From Antechinus flavipes (Eukaryota), in NCBI RefSeq assembly GCF_016432865.1, contig NC_067399.1:216628001-216692000 (forward strand): a stretch of DNA of 64,000 bases, given 5' to 3'. The translations under genes and the position numbers were made by a program. The notes under the pieces are model-generated. The model saw only the letters and a list, made by a program, of their open reading frames with translations. It searched no databases and was not told the origin of the DNA. Positions 11,861 through 23,497 of this stretch are shown here, one piece after another; position 1 is the stretch's first letter, and the number at the start of each line of letters is the position of its first letter.

Positions 11861-14800
11861 GAGTATTACTTAGGTGTCAAAAAAAAATAAACCATATTTA
11901 GAGGAAGGAAACCAGAATAGGAAAGATTTGTATTCCAATGGAGCTTAGAATCTAAGAAGCTTTTCAGAATTGTAGGTTCACACAATGGAAACAGGTATAA
12001 ATAGAAAGTGATGAAGGTGGTAAAAGGATAATCAGACATATCATAAAGTAGACAGTAAAGCTTGTGACCAAAAATAATTTGGGGCACAAAAGTGATAGTT
12101 CCTAGTTTTGGACTTGAGATTTCACGTTTTTCAAGTCTGTGAATCAAATTTAATTAATTTAATTAATTGATAATGAGACTCAAGAATACACCCGCCTATG
12201 ACTCTTTTCCAACCTTGATAAATACTAATGAGACATGATATTAGGGAAACCCTCAGTGCCATGTCCTAGTGTAGAAGAAGAATTATTGAAATACCACCTA
12301 TATTATGAGTAGCTAAAGACAGAAAAACATGAATATCAGAATCATATTAGTTAATGGTTTTATGGTATTTATTATATGCCATAAACTATACTGAATGATT
12401 TATGATGATTATTATCTCATTTGATCCTATCAAAAACCCTGAGAAGTATGTTAGCTCTAAATTTCAAATAAGAAAAGTTAGGAAAATGGATATTTGGTGA
12501 ATTGTAGTAGATGCAGTTGGTAAATGTCTGCCACTAAATTAGAACTCAGATCTTCCTGAGTCCATATCTGATGCTCTATCCATTCTGCCACCTAACTGCC
12601 CAGTTATCTTTCCTCCCTCCCTCTGTCCTTCCCTCTCTCTCCCTTTCTCTCCCCCTACCCTCCTCTCTATTTCTTCTCATCTCAGGATCATAAGAAACAC
12701 ACTTGGTAAGAAAATTAGAAACTACCTAGTCAAACTCTTCATTTTTTAGATGTCAAACCTAATTCCTAGAGAAGTGAAGCTGTTTATTCAAAGTCATATA
12801 GGAATTCAATAACAAAGGCAGGACTTGAACCTGGGTTTTCTGATTTTTCAATCTGCTGTTGTTTTTATTGTATCACAGTGAAGTATGATCTGTCCTCTAA
12901 TATTTTGGAGGGATATTATAAGCACAAAGTATCAGATAAATAATGAGATATGATTATTCAGATAATCTTTTAAAAAGCATCATGGGTCAATATACTTTTA
13001 ACATTTTTTGTGTTGGATGCTAAAAATGACTTAAAATTTGACCTGTTTGGTTTTGAGATTGTTGTTGATTATGGACTGTTGTGTGAAGAACAGGAGCTAC
13101 ACTCTCATTGTGAAAAACATGTCATTTGCTTAGAGTTCTGCAGATAAATGTGTAGGGGAGCTTATGTGTAAGGGAGGAGAGATGTCTAGTTATTCTAATG
13201 ATTGATAGTATGTTTGGGAAAATATTGTATTAGTCTCTAGTGTGTACTTGGTTTGGGGGTGACATGGAAAACATATTTATATTTACCTGAATGATTAGTG
13301 TGTTCCAGAAATGAAAGATACACCATAGTCCCTCATCTGAGAGCTTATAATTTTGTAGCCTATTCAAGTAAACAATATCCATAAAGAACATTTTGGCCAT
13401 GAGGGAACTCCAACTTGGAAAACAGCGCAATATTTTACATTTCTGAAGCTGATATTTTTTAAGTAAGTATAGGATTTTATATTTATTTCCATTGATTTAG
13501 TATTCTAACCTATTATGATTTTTTCAAGTTCTGACAGTCATTTAGTGTTGTAGGTTTAGTGAGAAGTAAACATAATCTGAGACTGTAGACTAAAAGTAGA
13601 AGACAGGTACAGAGAGAGAAGAAAATATAAGTAAAGGAATAAATGAAACAGGGGAGCTCACATATAACTATTTTATTAGTTTGCTTAAAATAGATTATAG
13701 TTTAGAATCACACAATGAAATAAACAGTAACTCCGAAATTGGACTCAAATATTGTCTATTATCTTACTACTGGTATTACTTTTAGGTAGTGTTCTCTCCC
13801 CTCTTTCATAAATGTGAATTGAGTATTTGGAGACCCTTCTATGTTTGGATCTAAAATATTGTAACCTTGTTGGGTATGAGAAGAGAAAGAGTAAATGGAA
13901 TCAAAGAAGAGATAAGATGGTTTGAAAAATGACCAAAGGAAGACATAATCTAATGATTTGCTGTAAAGAAAGCTGAATTTGATGTGAGAGAATCTTAGTA
14001 CAAATTCTGTCTTTGACTTTGGCACTATCAGTCTGATCCAAGTAAAAGCACTTTTCATCTCTAGATAAGTTTCCTCATCTGTAGAGCGAGGGAGTTGGGC
14101 TAACTTACCTCTAAGGTCTCTTCTCATTTAAATCTATTATATTATGATTCAGTGTTAATACAATAGTGACGAAAAGTCTGTGTAGCATGGTTGCCCAGGA
14201 TCAAAGTTAGTGGGCCTACAAATAATGAATTTCACATAACTGTAGAGAATAGAGTAGGTGAGCTATGAGTAATGTCTGTATCATACTTCTGCAACTCACC
14301 AAGAAGTATCAAAGAAGCATAGTCTGTGGAGTCAAAAGAAGGATGAAAGAAAAAAAATGAATGGAAAGAAGGAAGTATGAAAGAAAAGAAGGAAGGAAGA
14401 GACATAGGAAAGGAGGGAGGGTAGGGAAGAATGGAGGGAGGAGGGAAGAAAGAAAGAAGGGGAGGAGGAAAGAAGGGAAGAAGAGAGAGAGGGAGGAAGT
14501 CTTTATTCAGTTCCTGCTATATTTATTTTCTCTGTATAGGCACTATACTAAGTGATTTACAAATGTCTTATTTAATCACCATAACACACTTAGTAAGTAA
14601 ATGGTATTATCATCACTATTTTAAAAGTGAAAAAAAAAAAAAAAAAAACCTGAGGTAGACAAAGGTTAAATGACTTGCCTAGAGTCATAAAGCTAGTAAG
14701 AATCTGAGGCTCATTTTGACTTCAGGTCTTTTTGTTCTGCACAGATGTCTCTAGACATCCAAGCTGTTACTTATCATTATGTGGTTGGACTAGTTCCTTC

Positions 14801-15693
14801 TTCCCCCTGGGCCTCAGGTTCAACAACTTTTAAAGGAAAATTTTAGATTAAATGATGTATAAGTTGCCTACCAGTTGACAGTTTGTGATGGTCTGATCTC
14901 CTACCATGTTTATTTCATAGAATGCAATGTTATAGCCTGTATTGGAATTGGTTGGAGTCAGACAATTTGCTATATTTGTAAAATAAGGAGATTAGACCAG
15001 GTGATTTTTAAAATCATTTCCAGCTCCTTATCTGATATTTTGCAATCAGTGATTTTCATAATGTTTGGTCTATTAGTCCAACAATATCCTGAATATACAA
15101 AAAAATGGAATTAAGTACTCAATCCTTTTCTGTAACCCACATATTCTGGAACATTGGTGTGTAAATAGTAAAATATAGGCATATTCAATTCTGAAAATAA
15201 AAGTGGAAAGGTTTTTTGTATCAATTTAATTAATTTGAATGTGGTTGTGTTCTTTAAAAAGATCCAAAAGCATTGTCTGTCATTAATACTCTTATGTTTT
15301 ACTAATCTGCATTCTAAAACATATGCTGTTTTCTATAAAGACAAAATATATTATTTGGTTTTTAAAAGGTATTTCTATATCATGTGATATCTTGATATGT
15401 AACCCATAACCTCTTTCTAGAAAATCTTGTAATTACTTTAAAAATTTCCTAAATTCTACAATTCATTGTAGACAATGGGGGGGGGGGGATAAACAACACA
15501 GTTGCAGGATATAGAGCTTAGCTTATATATGTTTTATGATATGAAAAAAATGTAGGATGGTGAATTGTTTCAGTGTTCAAAAAGTTTAGTTAATATACTC
15601 TGGCATATATCACTATATTAGAATTATTGCAAATTTATCACTGTCAAAGCCTGTTTTTCTGCCTTTTTTTTCCTTTTTCTCTGCCTTTAATAG

Positions 15694-15718
15694 ACTCTAA
15701 ATCAGTACCTAGAAGAAG
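15694..15718 (+). other. Candidate 25-nt micro-exon (host gene unknown)
   Basis: Long polypyrimidine tract ending taatag, then 25 nt, then donor AAG|gtgaga. Open in two frames (TLNQYLEE or DSKSVPRR). No transcript evidence. Confidence 0.3.
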
Positions 15719-15933
15719 GTGAGAGATTCCTAGCTTGTTGCTTTGCATTCATTTTATCATGTGACTATTCCATATCTACTCATGTTTGCTACTGTATAAA
15801 GTAATTATTCAAAATTTTTGCTTCTTTGGGTTTCTGTCAATTTATAATTTCTTTAGTATATAGATGTTAAATTCACAGAATTTGACAGAATATTTCCTTT
15901 ATTTAAAGACACATACACAAGTGCACAGAAGAG

Positions 15934-16110
15934 NNNNNNNNNNNNNNNNNNNNNNNNNNNNNNNNNNNNNNNNNNNNNNNNNNNNNNNNNNNNNNNNNNN
16001 NNNNNNNNNNNNNNNNNNNNNNNNNNNNNNNNNNNNNNNNNNNNNNNNNNNNNNNNNNNNNNNNNNNNNNNNNNNNNNNNNNNNNNNNNNNNNNNNNNNN
16101 NNNNNNNNNN
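15934..16110. other. Assembly gap (N run)
   Basis: 177 Ns. Confidence 1.
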
Positions 16111-16397
16111 TAATGTGATAGAGCAACATCAAAATATCTACCCAGATCTGACAAGTCTCTAATTTCAAATCTCTTGTATTTCATCTCTGTGTTAGTGTTC
16201 AGTGTCTTCTTCAACCCCATAATGAATGTGCTAAAAATACTTTCACTGTCTTATTGTCAAGCACAGAACCATCACAGCAAAGATGCTTGGTTACTTGGGA
16301 TCTGTTTACATGCAAGTTTGCTAATTAGAAGTAAGCACATTTCTTAATTAAGAAGCAGGTTCATTTTTAAGGCAGTGTTGGCATCCCCTTTTGGACA

Positions 16398-16549
16398 GAG
16401 CCAATATAGAAATGAACATGTGGTTTGTGGTTTCGGGTGTGATTCTGTGTCATGATCAGTTAATTTATTCCCAAGAGGAGCCAATATGTTCTCATGAATA
16501 TATGGAGACAGATCCGTAGAGTAAGAAATTGCAGACATGTGACCACATG
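16398..16549. promoter_or_regulatory. Candidate cis-regulatory module (CCAAT x2, RUNX x3, E-boxes)
   Basis: gagccaatat at 16398 and 16478; tandem TGTGGTT at 16419-16432; CATGTG-ACCACA-TG composite at 16536-16549. Motif match only. Confidence 0.35.
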
Positions 16550-16672
16550 AGAACCCTTGTGTCCATGACACCATCCTCAAGGCACTTGCACATGGTCTAG
16601 AAGCGCATTATCCTCTCCTGCTCAGAGGACCTGCTGGCTCTGAGGGATTGCAGGGTCTATTTCTGTTTGCAG

Positions 16673-16746
16673 GTGTAAATCATGGTTTTCAGGCTGCAGT
16701 TCCCTTCTGCAGGCTCTTTTCTGCTTGACAGCACTGGAGGCTGGGG
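16673..16746 (+). other. Candidate 74-nt exon (host gene unknown)
   Basis: Acceptor ctatttctgtttgcag and donor GGG|gtgagt, in unique, more GC-rich DNA. Confidence 0.3.
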
Positions 16747-17868
16747 GTGAGTGGCGCTGTAAGTCACTGAGCTGTCAGCTCCCCTACTGCTGTATTTCAT
16801 ATGAGTCCTTTAATGGGCTTGCTGGATGTGATGGATGCTCCTACATGCAATCATGTGCTATAAATGTAAAAAACTTGTATGGTTTGGAGAGTGATGGTCT
16901 TAGAGCTATTGCTAAGGGGCAGGCCTATAGGTTATTATTTCATTCACCCACCTGAATGACATTTCTTGCACAGTGTGCTCTATCAGGGAGCATTGTGCCT
17001 CTGGGACCACAAAAATCCAAGAGATTGTGGCCAGGACTTCAATGTGCAGGAAAACAAGGAGCATTATTAAGCTTTTTTTTTATCTTTAATGTTTAAAACA
17101 TTTCAGAATGACTAACAAGAGATACTATTTATATGGTACTTTATGCTTTATAAGGTAATAATAATAATAACAGGTAGTGTTTTAAAGTTTATATTGTTAT
17201 TCACAAAAATCTTGTGAAATAGGTGAATTTTTACCCCCATTTTCTAGCTAGAGAAACTAAGGCTGAAGGTGATTAAGAGATATTCTCAAAATGTCAGACC
17301 TTTCTAACTCCAGGTCTGAAAACCTAGTTTTATAAATGAGGGGGAAATTTTCATTTTAGTTAAACAATGACTTTGTGTGTTATATAGCACAAATATCATT
17401 ATCCCACTTTACATAGTTTTCCAACCTCCATTAACTCTAGAAACTTGAGCCCCAGAAGGCCAATTACTTTTTCTTTCAGGGAGCAAGGGGATAACTCTGA
17501 AATGTTTGGGATTTTATTTTTGCTTATGAAGTTTTATCCAATTATTTGGATCTTTTTTGATCATTTTATTGACCATATTATTTGATCAGTTAACAACTTC
17601 CCGATATCAATTAATCAATTTATATTGATTAGTTTAAGAAGAGATTATTTGCTGAGAAGGTAAAATAAGAATCAAAGTACCATCCACATATACCTCCAAC
17701 TTGGAGATACATTCTCTCCTCTGTACAGTCACTCAGTCCTACGAAAAAGTGGGTTCAATATGGTTACTACTAAACTTATCCTGGCATGCAACTCAAGGGT
17801 TATACATATTCTAGGAAAATTTGTTCTATGATTTGTTCATATTCTGTGAATATAAGCATAAAACCTCT

Positions 17869-17949
17869 ATTACAACAAATCATTCTTTGTCTGTAGGTAA
17901 AGCTATTTACATGGCTAAGCAAAGGAATTTCAGTGACAGGAACTGTTGA
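17869..17949 (+). repeat. 81-bp dispersed duplication, copy 1
   Basis: 74/81 ungapped identity to 20274-20354. Confidence 0.95.
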
Positions 17950-18370
17950 TATTGTTGAATGCATGAGTTTGAACCTGATGGTTTCAGGACTTGAATGACT
18001 TTTACTATGTACAAATGGTTTTTATTTTTCCCTCTAGGACATTTACTAAAAATTCCATTTTTCAATTTGAATTTTAAAATGCAATTTAAAAAATCTAATG
18101 ATAGAGACTTGCATGTAACTTCTACCTCTTTTTGAAGCTTGTGGGAATAAACTTTTATGCACTTAACATGAGAATAAAATTAATGTCAACTTTCTTAAAA
18201 AAAAAAAAAACTAAGAAAAGGAGGCGTGGGGCAGGTGTGGTATGGGGTGGTCCTAATATTTCCTGGCTCAACGAATCCTTTTTTCCCTTTATGGAATCCT
18301 CACCAAATTTACCTTGCGATCTAGTGTAGTTTATATGGTTTAGTCACTGACTTTCTCAGCAAGGCACCTC

Positions 18371-18541
18371 AGGACAGCTAGGTGGCACAATGGATAGAGC
18401 AGCAGTCCTGGAGTCAGGAGGATCTGAGTTCAGATCCAGCTTCAGATCCAGACTCAGACACTTGACACTTAACTAGCTTGACCCTGGATAAAATCAATGA
18501 ATGATCGACTCACAGGGTGGGGGGGGGAAAAAAAAAAAAAA
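18371..18541 (+). mobile_element. WSINE1-like SINE with atypical 3' end
   Basis: A box (tggcacaatgg), B box (gagttcagatcc), gacacttgacactt, and an A tail at 18528-18541. Confidence 0.8.
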
Positions 18542-19729
18542 GGCTTGATCCTTATCTTGTTGTGTTGATACTATGAAATCAGATTCACATTCTGTAAATA
18601 CTGGTGGGTTATGATATCTAGGCCAGTTAGTATTAGATTTCTGATGATTTTTCTAAGGTTTCACAAATTTAAAAAGATGCGACCTAGTTTGTGCTATCTC
18701 TGTATATTCAATTATTATGATAAATACAGATTCAATATTTGAGAGATGAAAAAAAAAAAGAGATGCCATGTATTCATGGATACACAGAGGCATGATGATA
18801 GATTGACATGCCTGATATGCCTTCCCTCACCCAGAAGCTCACAACACTTCTTGCCTTACTCACTACCAAGGAGAGCTCAAGCTTATACTCTACTATTTTG
18901 CTTGCAAACTCAGTTCCAGCTCAATAGCCAAAGAAAAACTACTGTTGTTATGCTTTTTTATATCACATATTATTCATATTATAGTATATATGTGTTATAT
19001 ATATGTTATAGTCAGAAAACAGTCAGAAAATACTTATCTATGCCCTGAATTGAGAGAAAAAAGATCCCTGGATTATACATTTCTGAAATCAGGTTTACCA
19101 ATTTCCCTTTGATTTGGTACCTTGTAAAACATATTATATAAGCTTATATTAGGGACTTGCTGAACTTCCTCTCATTACATGTCCATTAGCATACATGTCT
19201 CAAAGATGTTAAGAGACTTTGTACATTTATATACATCATAAGTATATGACACATGATATTTGAACACATGAAATAGTATTAGTATAGATGAAGCAGAGCT
19301 TGTACAGACAATCAGTAGAGAGGATGATAGAATCATCATTCAAGAGACTTTGGGCTGAAATCAGCCATGTAAAATTTAACAGGAGTAACAGCTGGCATTT
19401 TAATAGCATTTTAGTGTTTGCAAAGTTCATTCCATTCATTTTATTTGAACTTTACAATAACCTTATGGTGTAGGTACTTCAGAGTGTACTATCTCCACTT
19501 TCCTAGAAACATATGAGACTGGTTGTAAAGAAACGACTGAGCAAACATTTTATAATTGGTAATGCTGGTCTAGATTCAAACTCAAATCTTCCTAACTCTG
19601 AGTCCACTGATTGATCTACTATGCGAATTTGCAGGTTCACGACAATATCATAAGTCTCGCAATATCTTTCATCTCTGTACTGATTACAAAAAACAGCAGA
19701 ATAGTAGCAACATCTTTGTGACTGAATCA

Positions 19730-19890
19730 GGTAGCAGTTTCAGTCATGTCCTACTCTCAGTGACCTTCTTTGGGGTTTTGTGGCAAAAATACTAAAGTGG
19801 TTTGATATTTCCTTATCCAGCTCATTTTGTAGTTGAGGAAGCTGAGGGAAAAATATTGAGTGACTTGTTAAATGTCAAAAAGCAACTACC
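19730..19890 (-). mobile_element. MAR1-type SINE fragment
   Basis: tttcagtcatgtcc...ggggttttgtggcaaaaatactaaagtggtttg...ctcattttgtagttgaggaagctgagg. Confidence 0.65.
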
Positions 19891-20273
19891 TGACTCAGAA
19901 CTGGTCACAGTACAAAATCTGAAATCCCTGGCTCCTCTTTAAAATAAGAAATAGTCTTTATTTTTGTAGCTCTGCTCATAGGTCTAATTGAATTGGCTTG
20001 ACTGAGTCTTCAGTGAAATCAGATTCTAACAGTTCAATAGGCATAAATGCAGAAAAGGAAAATCCATTTTTTCAGCTGCATTACATAGGGGTTTTTGGAT
20101 GCTGCTGGTAACTATAAAGGTTAAGAATTGTTCATTTATAGCATTGAGCAAACAGTTATTTTTAATAGATGATGATGCTTCTGCTGGAGCATCTACCTGT
20201 CTCTTTCCAGTGACATTCCTTCCTTGTTTTGCTTTATGAAACATGAATAAGTTATAAATTCAGATGTAATCCC

Positions 20274-20354
20274 ATTACAGCAAACTATTCTTTGTCTGTA
20301 GGTGAAGCTATTTACAAGGCTAAGCAGAGGAGTTTCAGTGACAGGAACTGTTGA
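20274..20354 (+). repeat. 81-bp dispersed duplication, copy 2
   Basis: 74/81 ungapped identity to 17869-17949. Confidence 0.95.
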
Positions 20355-21229
20355 CATGTTTACAATATATAACTGTATTTCAATTGTCTTCCTCCTCTCT
20401 TACCTATGGATGTGTTATAAGCAATTGATCAGTTAGGAGCATTTATTAATCATCTGCAAAATACCAAGCATGGTACTAAACTATGAGGAATGTAGAGATG
20501 ATTAATCAGTGCCTGCCCTCAGGGAGCTTATATATTATCAAGGAGAGAGCTACTCACTTTAATAAACTAACTGCATGATGAGACAAGATTAAAGAAAGAA
20601 AGAAATAAGGTTATCCTGTGAGTTTAGGCAAGTCATTTCTCCTCTTTGAGGCTCAATTTGTACATTTGTAAAATAAAAGAAAAAGTTTCAACTGTCTGAT
20701 CTCTAAGGCTACATTCATTATCTAAATTCTATGAAAGATAAAATATCTGCATTGAAAGAGAAGGATGTCAAATCACGTGACTGCTTCCCAGTTCAGACAT
20801 CCCTCTAACAGGGTCCTTGGTGAAGTCACCTCACACTCTGATTGAGCAATTCTAGGGACATGATGCTAGTTTATAAAGCAGCCTGTTCTACAATTTAATT
20901 GCTAAAGTTATTTAAATGTTTCTCCTTCTGTGGAAGCAAAAATGATCTTTTAACTTAGATCACTGAAGCATATGTTTAGAACTACAATGGGGCATACAGG
21001 TTAATGAAGGCAACTGTCTCATTTTACAAACAAAGGGACCAAGGTTCAAAGTGGCTAAGTGATGTGCCCAGGGTCATAAAGGTAGGAAGAGTCAAAAGTA
21101 TGTTGCAATCCCAGGTTTCCTGTCTTCAAGTCCAATATTCCATCAACTATATCATACTGCCTCTTCTACTCATGTACGTCTGGAGCCCATAGAACAAGCC
21201 CAATCTCTCTTTTACATGAGAATCTTTCA

Positions 21230-21430
21230 GAGATGGGAAGGCCTTGGAAGAGCTTTAGCTAGTCTTTTCGTCTTCATTCTCAATTCATGTCTTTGCTCCT
21301 ATTTTGCAAAGATGGATATCCCAAATTCTCAGTATCCTTGCTGCTCAGTTATGGACACGATCAAGTTCAGTCTGCCAAAATAAGGGGACCAGAACTGAAC
21401 TCCCAAAACAGACTCACCAGGGCTGTATTT
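21230..21430 (-). mobile_element. L3/CR1 fragment
   Basis: ggggaccagaactgaac...cagactcaccagggc matches reverse-complement L3 ORF2 3' region as recalled. Confidence 0.5.
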
Positions 21431-21944
21431 TCTAATTGGGAATGATGGAAAGAAAGCTGAATGTTGGAATCGCAGGAATTCAGTTCGAATTTCAACTTTC
21501 CCACTTTCCTTTGGTATGATTGTACAAGTCAGTTAACTTCTGTCTCTCAATTTTTCATCTGTAAAATAAATTATTTTGAACAAAAAGCCACTAAGAACCC
21601 TTCCAATTTAAGTCCTATGATCCTATGACTAGAACATTTAAGGTTTACTAGAATTCTGCTCCCAACTCCCAACAATCATTTACTAAATATTTGTTATTGA
21701 ACAATCAAGGTCTAAAGCAGGAGCTCTTAACTTGGAATCTACAAAATTTTATATACACATGTGTGTGTATGTGTGTGTATATAAATTTATAAGAATGTGT
21801 ATATGTACATGCCTGTATATATGTAAAGTTTCAACAGGCTATATCTATGAGATAAACAAAGGGAAAATAGCATGGATAAACATAGCATTTCACATTTAAG
21901 TTTTATATGTGTGTGTATGCATATACATACACACATATATAACA

Positions 21945-22142
21945 AGGTATCACATTGTTGGGCCTGGAATTAGGAAGGCCTGAATTCAAAACTGTCCTTA
22001 GGGGGTAGCTGTGTGAACCTGGGTACATCACTTAACCTTTTTCTCAATTTCTTCATCTGTAAGATGATCTAGAGAAAGAAATGGCAAACCACTTCAATAT
22101 CTTTGCTATTGTGACTCAAATGGGGTCACAAAGAGTCAGACA
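21945..22142 (+). mobile_element. MAR1-type SINE
   Basis: B-box-like tgaattcaaa, CORE, and RTE tail gaaatggcaaaccacttcaatatctttgc...ggggtcacaaagagtcagaca. Confidence 0.8.
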
Positions 22143-22273
22143 NNNNNNNNNNNNNNNNNNNNNNNNNNNNNNNNNNNNNNNNNNNNNNNNNNNNNNNNNN
22201 NNNNNNNNNNNNNNNNNNNNNNNNNNNNNNNNNNNNNNNNNNNNNNNNNNNNNNNNNNNNNNNNNNNNNNNNN
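22143..22273. other. Assembly gap (N run)
   Basis: 131 Ns. Confidence 1.
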
Positions 22274-22725
22274 AATCTTGTTTTGTGTATTTAAAACCAT
22301 TATTCTGATAAGGGTCCATAGGCTTTATCAGAATACCAAAGAGATCTTGGTCTAAAAGCTTAGACTCTTCAAGATCAATTCCTTTATTTGTAGAGTGAGG
22401 ATAATATTACTATTATTATTAAATGAGAACAAGGATAAACTATCATTTGTAATCTATAAAATGTTACCACTATAAAAATAGCTAGCATTTATAAAGCATT
22501 TTAAGTTTTACTAAGGACTTTCCATATACTGTATTATTTTTAAAGAATTCTTTGGCATAATATTAAATTGCATTATTTTCTTTTAGTCATCCTATCATGC
22601 TATTGTTGCATTGTGAACTTATGGTCAATGGTATTTCTTTTTCCTATGAACCATCATACGAGGTTTTTCCATTAAGTATTTGCAAAAATGAATTTTTAAC
22701 TTTAAATATTAAATTTAAATGGGGG

Positions 22726-23497
22726 GGTCATTCTGGAGAGCAATTTGGAACTATGCCCCAAAAGTTATCAAAGTGTGCATACCCTTTGATCCAGCAGTGT
22801 TAATACTGAGCTTATACCCCAAAGAGATACTATAGAAGGGAAAGAGACCTGTATGTGTCAAAATGTTTGTGGCAGCCCTGTTTGTAGTGGCCAGAAACTG
22901 GAAAATGAAAGGATGCCCATCAATTGGAGAATGGTTGAGTAAATTGTAGTATATGAATGTTATGGAATATTATTTTTCTGTAAGAAATGACCAGCAGGAT
23001 GAATAGAGAGGTTGGAGAGAATTACATGAACTGATGCTAACTGAAATGAGCAGAACCAGGAGATCAATTATATACCTCAACAACGATACTGTTTGAGGAT
23101 GTATTCTGATGGAAGTGGATCTCTTCAATAAAGAGAGCTAATTCAGTTTCAATTGATCAATGATGGACAGAAGCAGTTACACCCAAAGAAAGAACACTGG
23201 GAAATGAATATAAACTGCTTGCATTTTTGTTTTGCTTCCTGGGTTATTTTTACCTTCTGAATACAATTCTCCCTGTGCAATAAAAGAACTGTTCAGTTCT
23301 GCACACATATGCTGTATCTAGGATATACTGCGACATATTTAACATGTATAGAACTGCATGCCATCTAGGGAGGGGGTGAAGGGAGGGAGGGGAAAAGTCG
23401 GAACAGAAGTGAGTGCAAGGGATAATGTTGTAAAAAATTACTCTGGCATGGATTCTGTCAATAAAAAGTCATAATTATGAAAAAAAGAAACTAAAAA
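22726..23497 (+). mobile_element. 5'-truncated L1 with TSD
   Basis: ORF2 end, 3' UTR and A tail. TSD aaatttaaatggggg (22711-22725) / aaattttaatggggg (23498-23512), one mismatch. Confidence 0.92.

Larger units (their letters stand above)
21718..22350 (+). mobile_element. hAT-type MITE, split by a SINE and a gap
   Basis: Starts caggagctcttaac; after the gap reads tttaaaaccattattctgataagggtccataggctttatcagaataccaaag. A related copy lies at about 58510-58880. Confidence 0.45.

Noticed and set aside
20274-20354. Duplicated block as a pre-miRNA or snoRNA pair
   Set aside because: The fold has large internal loops, and the tgaagct/agtttca helix is broken in copy 1. There are no C/D boxes, and it is too short for a two-hairpin H/ACA RNA. 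I recognise no mature miRNA in it.
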